Origin: Octopus bimaculoides
Lineage: Eukaryota
NCBI RefSeq assembly: GCF_001194135.2
Contig: NC_068984.1
Coordinates: forward strand, 144,577,118 to 144,639,117
DNA: 62,000 nt
Direction of reading: 5' to 3'
Positions 13,132-24,916 of the stretch are shown piece after piece (position 1 is the first letter of the stretch; each line of letters begins with the position of its first letter). The notes under the pieces were generated by a model, which saw only the letters and a program-made list of their open reading frames with translations, did not search any database and was not told the origin of the DNA. The position numbers were made by a program, and so were the translations under genes.

Positions 13132-13597
13132 ATAATGGCTTCCCATGCTGGTAGCATGCAATAAGCATCATCTGAATGTGGCTGATGCCAGAACTGCCTG
13201 ACTGGCCCTTGTGCCAGCAGCGCGTAAAAAGCACTATCCAATCGTGGTCGCTGCCAGCCCCCTCTGGCCCCTGTGCCAGTGGCATGTAAAAAGCACCCAC
13301 TACACTCTCGGAGTGGTTGGCGTTAGGAAGGGCATCAAGCTGTAGAAACATTACCAGAACAGATCGGAGCCTGGTGCGGCTTCCCAGTCCTCACTCAAAC
13401 CGTCCAACCCATGGAAAACAGATGTTAAACGATGATGATCATATACAGGCGTAGGCATAGTTGTGTGGTAAGAAGCTTGCTTTGCGACCACACGGTTCCA
13501 GGTTCAGTCCCACTGCATGGCACTGAACTTCTACTATAGCCTCAAGCCAACCAAAGCCTTGAGAGTGGATTTGGTGGATGGAAACTGAAAGAAGCCC

Positions 13598-13637
<40 letters not shown>

Positions 13638-13879
13638 CCCCCATCACAGCTTAACAACCAGTGTTGGTGTGTTTATGGCCCTGTAACTTAGTGATTCAGC
13701 GAAAGTGACCAAGAGAATAAGTACTAGGCTTAAGAAATAAGTCCNNNNNNNNNNNNNNNNNNNNNNNNNNNNNNNNNNNNNNNNNNNNNNNNNNNNNNNN
13801 NNNNNNNNNNNNNNNNNNNNNNNNNNNNNNNNNNNNNNNNNNNNNNNNNNNNNNNNNNNNNNNNNNNNNNNNNNNNNNN

Positions 13880-13910
<31 letters not shown>

Positions 13911-13914
13911 TACA

Positions 13915-15348
13915 TATACAAAACCAAAGTCTTAATAAGTAGGAAAGCAGACAAACTACAAATCCCTTCAGGAAGATGGCCCTGCTCAATCTGTAGAAAA
14001 GGCGTAGGTAGAAAATCTATAATATGTACCCAGTGCAAGCTATGGACACATAAGAGGTGCAGCAATATCAAAGGAAGGCTAACCAGCAAGATAGTTTTTG
14101 TATGTGGCAGATGCTCAGGAGCAATAAACANNNNNNNNNNTTTTTGTATGTGGCAGATGCTCAGGAGCAATAAACACTGAAAATGTCAAGAGAACAGCTT
14201 CTGTCACATTCCAGGGAGAAAAACTAGAAGTAGTTGATAGCTTCTGTTACCTAGAGGACTAAGTCAGTAGCGAGGGTGGATGCTCTGAAAGTATAGCTGC
14301 TAGAATAAGAAAAGCCTGGACAAAGTTCAGAGAGCTCCTACCTCTGCTGGTAACAAAGGGCCTCTCACTCATAGTAAAAGGTAGACTGTAAAAGACATAT
14401 GTGTGCGAACAGCCATGCTACATGGCAGTGAAACAAGGGCCGTGACTGCTGAGGAGATGCGCAAGCTTGCAAGGAATGAAGCCAGCATGCTCCGCCTGAT
14501 GTGTAATCTCAGTGTGCATACACAACAGAGTGTAAGTGCCCCAAGAGAAAAGTTGGACTTAAGAAGCATCAGATGTGGTGTGCAAGAGAAACAAATGCAC
14601 TGGTATGGTCATGTGGTATGAATGGATGAGGATAGCTGTGTAAAAAGGCTCACACCCTAACGGTTGAGGGAACCTGTGACAGAGGTAGACCCAGGAAGAC
14701 TTGGGATGAGGTGGTGAAGCACGATTTTTGAACATTGGGCCTCACCAAAGCAATGACAAGTGGCCGAGACCTTTGGAGATATGCTGTGCTTCAGAAGACC
14801 CGGCAAGCCAAGTGAGACCATAACCATGGCCTATGTCAGTGCTGTATAACCAGCCCATTTAAGAGTACCCTTCAATCATTAGACAATAAACTATGCTTGC
14901 GAAGACCTGTAGAGGCAGGTGAAATCGTTGTCGTGGCCGAAGACAGTACTGCCTGATTGGCACCCATGCGAGTGGAACATTAAAAGCACTATTCGAGCGT
15001 GATCGTTGCCAGGGCTACTGACTGGCTCCTGTGCTAGTGACATGTAAAAAGCACCATTCAAGCGTGGTCGTTGCCAGTGCCACCGCACTGGCTCCTGTGC
15101 AGGAGGCATGTAAAAAGCATTATTTGAGCATGGCCGATGCCAGAACTGCCTGACTGGCCCTTGTGCTGGTGGCACATAAAAGCACCCACTACACTCTCGG
15201 AGTGGTTGGCATTAGGAAGAGCATCCAGCTGTAGAAACTTTGCCAGATCAGATTGGAACCTGGTGCAGCCTTCTGGCTCACCAGTCCTCAGTCAAACCGT
15301 CCAACCCATGCCAGCATGGAAAGCGGACATTAAATGAAGATGATGATG
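13915..15348 (+). mobile_element. RTE-clade LINE, 5'-truncated (post-RT ORF end plus 3' UTR and (GAT)n tail)
   Basis: Peptides GRWPCSICRKGVG, EKLEVVDSFCYL, RTAMLHGSET, RGRPRKTWDEVVKHD; stops and frameshifts present. Confidence 0.92.
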
Positions 15349-16084
15349 ACATACACACACACACACACATATGGGCCTCACAGAGGCAAAGTGGAGAAGT
15401 TCCTTTTGAGTGTTGGGCTTCACAGAGGCAATGACCAAGACCTTTGGCATTATGTCGTGCTTGAGAAGAAGACCCATGAAGCTGGGCAAAATCGCAGTCA
15501 TGGCAGATATCGGTATCACGCAAATTGGCACCCATACTGATGGCACATAAACACACCCTGATCTCACGCAAATGGCACCCAAGCTCTTGGAGTGGTTGGC
15601 ATTAAGAAGGGCATCCAGCCATAGAAAACCATGCCGTGGCACACTGGTGTGCCACGAGACGATGCTAGGTGTGCCGCAGTGTAACCTGAATATAATATCT
15701 TTCCTTATATTTTTTGAAAAGGATTTAAGTGTACCACAAGTGAGAAATGGTTGTGAAGCACTGGTATATACCACTTCAATCGCTGTTACGATCCATCCCT
15801 CGCTCTTTCTCTCTTACCATGACACATCTTTATCGCAATCCCATCATACAGTTCATCCTGTCTTCTTTCCAACCAACAACCAACAAGTAGGCATCACTGT
15901 CCATCTTAAGTTGCCTCATTCCCCAGCCACTCTTACCATCACTCATCTCTTCCTCTCCATCATTACAACTCCTACCACCACCCAGTCTCCTACACCACTT
16001 TCCCACCATGCTCCCCCACCACCCTTACAACCCACTTATTCTTTCCTCCCATCATACTCTCACTCGTACTATCACCCACTCACC

Positions 16085-16123
<39 letters not shown>

Positions 16124-16639
16124 CCACTTTACTGCATCTTGATCAAAACAGACATAACTGACATAAGCAAATGGAATCACTGCAGCACCGAGATGGTCCT
16201 TTAGTCCCAGCAATGATGCCAACAACATCTTTTGTGGCGTTACTGCGATTAAAATGTACCCAGTTAGACTATGACCTTTCTGGGTCACGCCAGAAAGGGC
16301 CATCCGGCTGTCAAAATTAAGACATGATTCCACCAATCCATTTTCAGGATAGTGACAGCAATTAAGATCTGAATCAGATCAGTTAAGGCAGCTGATCCAA
16401 CCCATGCCAGCATGGGAAGCAAACATAAAATGAAGATCGTGATGATGGTGGTGGTGGTGGTGGTAATGGTGTTGGTGGCGGTGGTGGTGAAGGTGACAAG
16501 GCAAGGAAGATGATGGTGGTCATGTTGATGTTGTTGATGACGACAACAATGATGATGATGATGATGATGGTGCAATTGTGATGTTGACAGAGACAAAAAG
16601 GTTTATGCAAATGTGTCCCAGAAAAGTACAAAAACTCAC

Positions 16640-16703
16640 CTCGATTGTTGCATGGTCCAAATACTTCATGCCTTTCCTGCGAGCACCAGTGCTGGCATCA
16701 CCT
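16640..16703 (-). CDS. OSBPL1A: ORP1L coding exon 9 (R-GDASTGARRKGMKYLDHATIE), PH domain
   Basis: gtttctcctcag| acceptor; GAG|GTGAGT donor; 64 nt, phase 2 to 0. Confidence 0.92.
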
Positions 16704-16755
16704 CTGAGGAGAAACGCAATAAAAGAAACATGATTGGTTTCATATCAAATGGTAG

Positions 16756-16788
<33 letters not shown>

Positions 16789-17346
16789 TTAAGATCACTG
16801 GTAGGACAGAACAAGCAACACCTGTTGTTGAACTCTCTCAATGCTTTGATGAGAGTTCAGTAAAAAGCAGTGATGTTTAGGGGTTCATTTTCCAGTCCCC
16901 TGTTCCAGACTGGGGAGAGCAGCACTGCTCCTAAGAAGATCTGCTGCATCACCTGAGGAGAGTATAAATTCTAAATCTGCCCCAGCTCTGTGGGAAACAT
17001 TATCCTATAGCTGCCTGTGTCCAGGGACAAAGTCGAAGACTTCCAATAGCATCTTCTACCTGTCACCCATTGCCTCTTTCCCTATCACTACTTTACTTAT
17101 GCATCTCTACTTCAAGTTGATGAAAGGACTTTGACAAACCTAACTGATTGATTGAAGAACTGATTTATTATTCATGCAATCAATTATTTAATTAGTTAAC
17201 CAACTGACTGATAATAATGAAAGAAGTGAACCAGAATCAGTGCATGTGTTTATTATTAGTATAATGACCCTCCCAAGATACAACAAAATTTGTTTCAACA
17301 CAAAATTTCACAACAAGAACTTTGCAAACCAAATACAAAAACTTAC

Positions 17347-17420
17347 CTGTTGCTGAAATAAGAAACAATGCCCTTTTCTAAGACCATCCAGAGGGATTTG
17401 AAACCAAAAAATCTGGTTTT
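17347..17420 (-). CDS. OSBPL1A: ORP1L coding exon 8 (KTRFFGFKSLWMVLEKGIVSYFSN+R), PH domain
   Basis: ttttgctttccag| acceptor; CAG|GTAAGT donor; 74 nt, phase 0 to 2; PH beta1-beta3 pattern. Confidence 0.94.
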
Positions 17421-18474
17421 CTGGAAAGCAAAAAAAAGGAAAATTATTTAAGAGAAGGCCCTGATAAAGATTCAAAAGTGCAGTTTAAACATAAAGCTTT
17501 TTAAAACAAAACACTTATAAAAACAAAGACTACAGTCAGCTGTGACAGTAATTTGAACTCACACCCACACAATTTGGCTAACTGCTTAAATTTATATTCA
17601 GTAACTAACCCATCAAACCAACAATACCAGAAGCAACAACTGGATATAATCAAATCTTACATTAAACTGTTGTCAGCTGTTTAATTTCTTCTGTATGGAA
17701 TAACATATTTGTTGAATTAGGTTCAAATCTAGGTGCATGTATGCCTGTATGTATGCATGCATATATGTATGTGTGTGTGTCTTCTATTTTCTAATTATTA
17801 TAAATCTTTCATTGAGGAGGGAGCCGGTTTCCAACAAAGATACAAGTCTCCATCTTTGGGATGTAGTTAATACAAATTCACATTTGGAACTTGAGAAAAG
17901 TCTTGCATATTTTTACTGTTCCACTCACAGATTGCATTTGTAATGTACGAATTATCCGGTCAATTTCTCTTTCTGAAAATCCCAGTTTATCCAGATTCTC
18001 CTTTAAGCATTTACTAACAAAACCTAGCGCTCCAATTATTATTGGTAGGAATATGAATTCATAGTCTGGATAGAAAAGTTGGAGGTTTCAAAGAAGTTGT
18101 CCATAGCCATCCTCTTTTCTTGTTTATATTTTCAAAGAGACATTTATATCTGCAGGGCAGCTGACCTCTATGATGGCACATACCTTTGTTCCTCTGACCC
18201 AAACAACAATATCTGGTCTGTTATGTTTACCTTTGAAAGAAGTTTTGATGGGAATATTCCACCAGTATTCCTTGAGTTTGTGTTTATAAATGTATTCAGC
18301 CTTTCAGGGTTGATAAAATAAGAACCATTTGAATACTAGGTGGGGGGGTCGATGTAATCGACTCATCCCCTCCCTACAAATTGCTGCCCTTGTGGCAACA
18401 TTTGAAACCATTATTATCATTACTATTATTATTGTTATTATTATTATTATCATCATCTAATATGATATTGTTAC

Positions 18475-18587
18475 CTTAAGAATAGGACCTTCTTGTCGGA
18501 CTGACTGCACTGGAATGTCTTGCACTGGTCGCACATTTAACAGGTGTTTCATGTTGGGGGAAGTGGTTAAATCAACAGCACGCTGAC
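18475..18587 (-). CDS. OSBPL1A: ORP1L coding exon 7 (G-QRAVDLTTSPNMKHLLNVRPVQDIPVQSVRQEGPILK), ankyrin end and PH start
   Basis: tttaccttccag| acceptor; AAG|GTAACA donor; 113 nt, phase 1 to 0. Confidence 0.92.
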
Positions 18588-19141
18588 CTGGAAGGTAAAG
18601 ACAGGTAACATGATAATGACACCAGGTAACATGGGATAACAATAACAGGTAAAATGCGATGACAGTAATATATAACATGTGATATCATCATCATCCTCGT
18701 CCAACGTCCGCTTTCCATGTCATCATGGGTTGGAGAGTTTGACTGAGGACTGGCAAGCCAGAAAGCTGCACCAGGCTCCAATCTGATCTGGCAAAGTTTC
18801 TACAGCTGGATGCCCTTCCTAATGCCAACCACTCCGAGAGTGTAGTGGGTGCTACACTTTTGGAGTGGTTGGCGTTAGGAAGGACATCAAAATATATAAC
18901 ATATTGGAACTAGAATAGGTAACTTCAATTTAATTATTATCAAATATTAACCCACAACGTTTTGGCTGATTTATTCTCCAGCCTTCATCAAAAAAGAAAA
19001 AAAAAGACAGGCAGCACATATGCTAAGACACAATAACCTCCTAAGCAGACCCAATGCAGATATGAGTAGCATATGGGAACTGGTATTAAGGATAGATACA
19101 AAAATGTTAAGTTTATAAGCCCTAAAATTCACTCTATAATT

Positions 19142-19415
19142 GCCTACGGGTAATGGTTAACAGCACAGGCTACTAACCCCAAGAGTGCGAGTTCAATTCC
19201 AGGCAGTGCCTTGAATGAATAAATAATAATAATAATAATAATAATAACAATAACATCAGCAAAAAAATACCTTAGGAATGAGAACCCAGGACTGGGTTCA
19301 AAATTCTAACAGGTCACATGATGAAGGCTGGAGAGTAAATCAGCCGAAACGTTGTGGTAACAACAAACAAGATGAGGACAAATATCCGTCCAATGTAAAT
19401 AATGTAAATAACAAC
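19142..19415 (+). mobile_element. tRNA-headed SINE-like element with (AAT)n spacer and a hammerhead-like 3' domain
   Basis: A-box-like GTAATGGTTAA, B-box-like GAGTTCAATTCC (19189-19200), then (AAT)n, then TGATGA-A-GGCTG..CAGCC-GAAACGTT. Confidence 0.65.
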
Positions 19416-19501
19416 AAAGACAAATTCATTTGTCAGGACAAAAGTTGTAAATCTCAAGTTTACAAAGAAAACAGTGATTGAGTGTGTGTGTGTGTACGAA
19501 C

Positions 19502-19646
19502 CATTGTTGTTCTTCAGTGATGTGTCGATGCCATACTGGAGAAGAAGGATGGCAACTTGCTTGTGATTGCGAAGTGCAGCTAAGTGCAAGGCTGTGTTAC
19601 CGAACTTATCAACAGAATTGATGTCTGGAGCATTGTTTTGGTTCAA
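19502..19646 (-). CDS. OSBPL1A: ORP1L coding exon 6 (LNQNNAPDINSVDKFGNTALHLAALRNHKQVAILLLQYGIDTSLKNNN+G)
   Basis: cctgttctttcag| acceptor; AATG|GTTCGT donor; 145 nt; ankyrin GNTALHLAA motif. Confidence 0.95.
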
Positions 19647-20909
19647 CTGAAAGAACAGGAGCAGATTCTTGGGATGTAAATATCTGGCATTGCAGTGGCA
19701 TCGGGGACAAGGGTGGTTGAGAAGAATGTCAACTGGGTAACTGTGGGATTGGATGTTGAGGACAGGGTTGGGGGTTAGGGTGTGTGAAAATGGGGGGGGN
19801 NNNNNNNNNNNNNNNNNNNNNNNNNNNNNNNNNNNNNNNNNNNNNNNNNNNNNNNNNNNNNNNNNNNNNNNNNNNNNNNNNNNNNNNNNNNNNNNNNNNN
19901 NNNNNNNNNNNNNNNNNNNNNNNNNNNNNNNNNNNNNNNNNNNNNGGGGAAAATGATGGTGATAATAGTGATGATGATGATGATGGTGATTTGTGACATT
20001 CGCGATGATGTTTTGATGGTGGTGGTAACCCACCCACTCTCACCTTGCTAACGCCACCACCAGCACCTCCGTCACTACTCTCACTAGCAACAGTACTCAC
20101 ACCACTACTACCCCCCCCACCCAACACTCAATGCTAATACAACCTCATGCTGCCATCATCACCATCACCACCACCACCAACAACAACATCCACTACCAAC
20201 CCCCTTCCCACCATCACCACCACCACACCTGACACCACTACTTGCAATACCAACACTTCTCGCATAGCTTCAACCACTATCACCCTTCCAGGCACCACCA
20301 ACACACTTGCCAACACCACAAACACCACTCAGTGGGAAACAATAGCAACAACGATTATAACAGTATCATCATCATCATCATCGTCATCATCATTACTATC
20401 ACTACCATCATCATCATTGTTCAACGTCTACTTTTCATGCTGGCATGGGTTGGATGGTTTGACTGGAGACTGGCAAGCCAGGAGGCTGTGCCAGGTTCTA
20501 ATCTGATCTGACAAAGTTTCTACAGCTGGATGCCCTTATTAATGCCAACCAGTCCGAGAGTGTAGTGGCTGCTTTTTACGTGCCACTGGCACGAGGGCCA
20601 GTCAGGCAGTACTGGCATCGACCACACCCAAATAGTGCTTTTTACATGCCACCAGCATGGGACCCAGTCAGGTGGCACTGGCAACGACCATGCTCGAATA
20701 GTGCTTTTTACGTGTCACTGGCACAGGGTGCCAATCAGACGACACTGACACGGGTAAGTATTGGCAACAAGAGAGGATTCTGGCCCCGGAAAATCTGTCT
20801 CAGTAGACTCCATTTGACCCCCAACAAGCACGGAGAAGTGAATGTTAAAATGATGATGATGATGAAATGAATGAATAAATTAACGAATGAGTTTCATTAT
20901 GTGACTTAC

Positions 20910-20995
20910 AATTCCCTTGATGTCATCAATCTGACCATGAAGTGACGATGACATGAATTCATTGACGAGTCTTCGAGAATCACTTTTCTCTGAGG
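20910..20995 (-). CDS. OSBPL1A: ORP1L coding exon 5 (A-SEKSDSRRLVNEFMSSSLHGQIDDIKGI)
   Basis: ttctcttttctgtag| acceptor; ATT|GTAAGT donor; 86 nt, phase 1 to 0, bridging exons 4 and 6 in frame. Confidence 0.88.
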
Positions 20996-21504
20996 CTACA
21001 GAAAAGAGAAAAAGAAATACCAAAAATAAAATATTGGTTTCAAACAAAATTGTTATTGCAAAAGGAAGATTAAAATAGGGGACAATCAGCTGAAGAGTTC
21101 AAGAGTTTAAATCTTGCAAAGGTCAGCTCAATTTTCCATTACCAAAGATGTCATAAAATATGTACCAGTAATACGATGGGGTATTTGGCCTGTTGATTGA
21201 ATGACTATTCCAATGACATTGGGGTAGAACATAGGGAGTGTCAATCTTCGGTGTGCACTGGATAATAAGGAATTATTATTTTTTTTCTTTTTACTTAGTT
21301 TTCTAAGGAGAATGAGAAGAATGAGTTGTTTTGATGCTTATGTATTTCTCATGTCAATGAAGCGAAATGACAACAACCAGGAGGCAAAACAAAGCCTGGA
21401 AATTGTCTCCCCAAGACCATACTACCTACCATACAGCATTGCACCAGTTTCTTGGATATTCATTTGTTTTTTGTTTTGTTTCTTTTTATTCTTTATGCTC
21501 AAAA

Positions 21505-21810
21505 AACAGCTGGAAGTTGGATGTAGAGGGTTAGTTGGACACAGTGTGAGACGACTGCTGTTATCGTTAGGCCTAACTCATCGTAAGGTAAATACCACCA
21601 TGACCGATATCCAAAATACAGTGGAGAAGGCTAGCCACTGGATTTGGTTCAAAAGAGATGATGAGCGATGGCTAGAGAAATATTGAGCTTTATTTGATAA
21701 CCAGTTGATCTAGCAAGCTGGGCCTCATATCAGTGAGGGGGGCCGGTGCGCATTGATGCTGTCGAGAGGGAGGCCCCGAAATGGTGCGCATTCTCTCCTG
21801 ATGACCCCAT
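21505..21810 (+). mobile_element. RLE-type (HERO-like) non-LTR retrotransposon 3' end
   Basis: EVGCRGLVGHSVRRLLLSLGLTHRKVNTTMTDIQNTVEKASHWIWFKR matches the C-terminal EVGCRG...E.AS.WIW.KR motif of HERO-like elements (recalled). Confidence 0.72.
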
Positions 21811-22401
21811 ACACTTGCTGGCTTCCGGTATGCAGAGTTCTCGACTGGTAGCACTTGCATGTGTGAGTCGTTTGCAAGACAACTGAGGCTGAGCTGAAAA
21901 GGCAGGGACTGAACTGGGGAGAGCAGAGAAGACAGCCAAATGTGGAGAACAGGGGAGAGAAGTCGTTGATGGCCCAAGTTCCATATGGAACAAAGGACCT
22001 AAGAGAAGTGAAAGCTTCTCTACTTCAACATGGTACATATTTACTTCAAAACTAACCACTACAGAAGTAACCTGTACTACCTTAATCTGTTTATTTATAA
22101 GGTAAACAAAGATTAGTGGTGAACTAGTGTGCATTTTTATGATTTTGTGCATTGACTGCAACAAAGATCTTTATGGAACTTATTTACCAAAGTCATTAAT
22201 ACATCTTACCCAGAATGCAGAACAGCCATTAAAGAGCAAAATTTGCAAGATCTGGTGTTTGTAGTAACCATAAGCGGTATAATTAATTGTCCTGGTACAT
22301 AGTAGTATGAGGTTTGAACTCGTATCCTTTAAGTATGTAGCTCATCCCTTCATTCCTTGATTGTCTCTCAGACACTTTGGTTATCAAAAATGTATACTTA
22401 C

Positions 22402-22510
22402 CTTCTAATAAATGCTTTACTTGAGCTGAAGCTAACGACTTAGGAGTGTGACCCTCTGTATTTACAGTGGAGATGTTGGCGCCATGGCTCAGCAGTAACA
22501 TTACAACATC
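22402..22510 (-). CDS. OSBPL1A: ORP1L coding exon 4 (DVVMLLLSHGANISTVNTEGHTPKSLASAQVKHLLE+G)
   Basis: tttttttcag| acceptor; GAAG|GTAAGT donor; 109 nt, phase 0 to 1. Confidence 0.95.
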
Positions 22511-23346
22511 CTGAAAAAAATTACAAGTTGTCAGTTAATTAAAGAAAACAATCTTTATGTACACACACACACATGCGTGTGCGTATGTGTCTTCTTGTCT
22601 CCAAGCAACCTTAGTAGCATGTCAATTTTGGAGAATTTTCTAATTTTTAGATTATCTCCCCTTCTCATTTATAGTTGATCCTAACCCCCATTTAGCAACT
22701 GTCCCCCAAACAATTTTGGCTATGCAGTGAATCATTATTAATGCTGACTGTGAAATCATATGAAATTTGCAGGGACCACCTTTGGGCACCTTCAAACACA
22801 ACTTTTTCAGAACCAAGACATTTAAGTCAATATGAAGTCAGTCATGTATAAAGCAGTTGTCATCCCCAGTCTCTGATAGGGATCAGAAATCTGGGTCATT
22901 TCCTGTTGACATCTGACCCAAGGAGATACTTGCACTACCGTTGTCTTAAGATCAACAAGCAGGGTTACACAACTAACGTTAATGTCCTTTAAGAAACAAA
23001 AAAAACGCCAACACTGAAGCAACAATTGCCAAGAACCAGCTTTGTTGGGCGAGGATGTTTTTTTGGTTTATTTTATCCTCTCAAGTCATAACACACCATG
23101 TATAAACACACACACACACAAACATGCATACAGATAGTTTGTGCCACTGAGAGAGTCTCTGTGCAATTGCTCAATCTGTTAAATTCCCTCAATCTGCATG
23201 TAACCATCTTTAAAAAACACATTAAACATACAGAAATAAGGGATAAAGTCATGTTTAAAAGACAGGTGTGGTCAAACAGGACATGCCTGGGGTTAAACAA
23301 CAACAAAAACAGTAAATAGATTTAATGTAGCAACAATGGAACGTAC

Positions 23347-23421
23347 CTCTCGTGAAGTGTAGGCAGCTCGGTGTAATGGAGTGTCCCCCATGTCATTCTG
23401 GATATCAAAGTTGGCACCAGC
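23347..23421 (-). CDS. OSBPL1A: ORP1L coding exon 3 (AGANFDIQNDMGDTPLHRAAYTSRE)
   Basis: atattccag| acceptor; GAG|GTACGT donor; 75 nt; GDTPLHRAA motif. Not in the ORF track. Confidence 0.95.
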
Positions 23422-24604
23422 CTGGAATATTGATAGAAATAAAAGAAGAATTAGTTAAAAAGACAGAAATATCATCATCATCATCATCGGTGGTGGTGGC
23501 AGTTTTTAACGTCCACTTTCCATGCTGGCTGCACCAGGCTCCAATCTGATCTGGCAGAGTTTCTACAGCTGGATGCCCTTCCTAATACCAATCACTCCGA
23601 GAGTGTAGTGGATGCTTTTTACGTGCTACAGGCACGGGAGCCAGTCAAGCGATACTGGCGTCGACCACACTTGAATGGAGCTTTTTACATGCCACAGACA
23701 CAGGAGCCAGTCAGGCAGCACTGGCATGGACTACGGCACAAGGCCAGCAATTTCGGGGGAGCAGGTGAGTTGATTACATCACCCCAACATCACCACCACC
23801 ACCACTACCACCACTGCTCAACTTCAACTGGTATTTATTTTATCGACTCTGAAAGGATGAAAGGCAAAGTGCACCTTGGCAGAGCTAAACTCAGAATGTA
23901 AGGCTGGATCAAATGCTGTTAAGCATTTTCCTCAGCAAGCTAATGATCCTGCCAGCTCCACCACCTTAGAAGAGAAATAAATATTGATTTCTTAGTGCCA
24001 CCTGACCAGTGACACGTGAAAAAGCACCATTCAAGCATGGCCGATGCCAGTACTTATTGAGTGGCCCTCGTGCTGGTGGCATATAAAAAGCATGCTCTAC
24101 ACACTTGGAGCGGTTGGCGTTATGAAGGGCATCCAGCCGTAGAAACCTTGCCAGATTGGAGCCTGGTGCAGCTGCTGGCTCTCCAGACCTCAGTCAAGCC
24201 ATCCAACCCATGCCAGCATGGAAAGTGGACATTAAACGACAACAATGATGATGATGAAACACAGGAAATTTGGTTTATATTTTCTTCTTCTTCTTCTTCT
24301 AGAGTCAGTAAACACATAAAAAGAATAAAGCTAATTGTTTCATGTCGCTGTGGTCCATATTTACATCCAGTAAATCTCTTACTTACAGTCCACTCTGGTT
24401 GGTGGGTGGTGGGCATTAGGAAGGGCATCCAGCTGTAAAAATCCTGCTAAAACAGTTACAGAAGTCTGGTGCAGGCTCCTGCTGTCAAACCATCCAACCC
24501 ATGCCAGCCGGGAAGGCAGACGTTAAACAAAGATGATGATAAATTGTGCTGATTGATGAAACCTATTTACAACTGAGTGGACTGTGGCAGTTGAAAATAA
24601 TCTG

Positions 24605-24900
24605 GAACAAAAGAGGAAGAAGGAAGAAGAGAAGTGGGAGAAGGGAGGAAGTGGGAGAAAGGAGGAAGAGGAAGGATGGAGGACAAAGAGAAAAGAGGAT
24701 AAGGAGGAGAGGAAGAGGAGGAGAGGAAGAGGAAGAGAGGAGAGGGAGAGAAGGAAGATGATGAGGAGGAGAAAGGGAGAAAGGAGAGGAGGGGAAGAGG
24801 AGAAAGAAGAAGCAGAGGCGGATGGAGGCAGAAGAGAAGAGGAGAGGTAGGGGAGAAGGGGAAGTGGTGGAGTAGTAGTAGTAGTAGTAGGAGGAGGAGA
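24605..24900. repeat. Polypurine (GA-rich) low-complexity tract next to the exon 2 donor
   Basis: About 300 nt almost only G/A on the + strand, giving a long polypyrimidine tract in the pre-mRNA. Confidence 0.9.
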
Positions 24901-24916
24901 GTGTCAGAGTGTTTAC

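Noticed and set aside
14090-14180. Tandem duplications flanking 10-N gaps (also 25215-25285 and 54100-54225)
   Set aside because: Identical sequence on both sides of a 10-N spacer indicates unmerged contig overlaps, an assembly artefact.
14950-15200. CRISPR-like repeat array
   Set aside because: Units are contiguous and degenerate with no unique spacers, they lie inside an RTE 3' UTR, and the DNA is eukaryotic.
19142-19212. Functional tRNA gene (also the SINE heads at 9066, 53165 and 59815)
   Set aside because: There is no paired acceptor stem or full cloverleaf, and each continues into repeat bodies, so these are SINE heads.
19314-20033. 239-aa ORF as a single-exon ankyrin protein
   Set aside because: Only 19502-19646 is exon, with splice sites on both sides; the rest is intron, repeat and gap.
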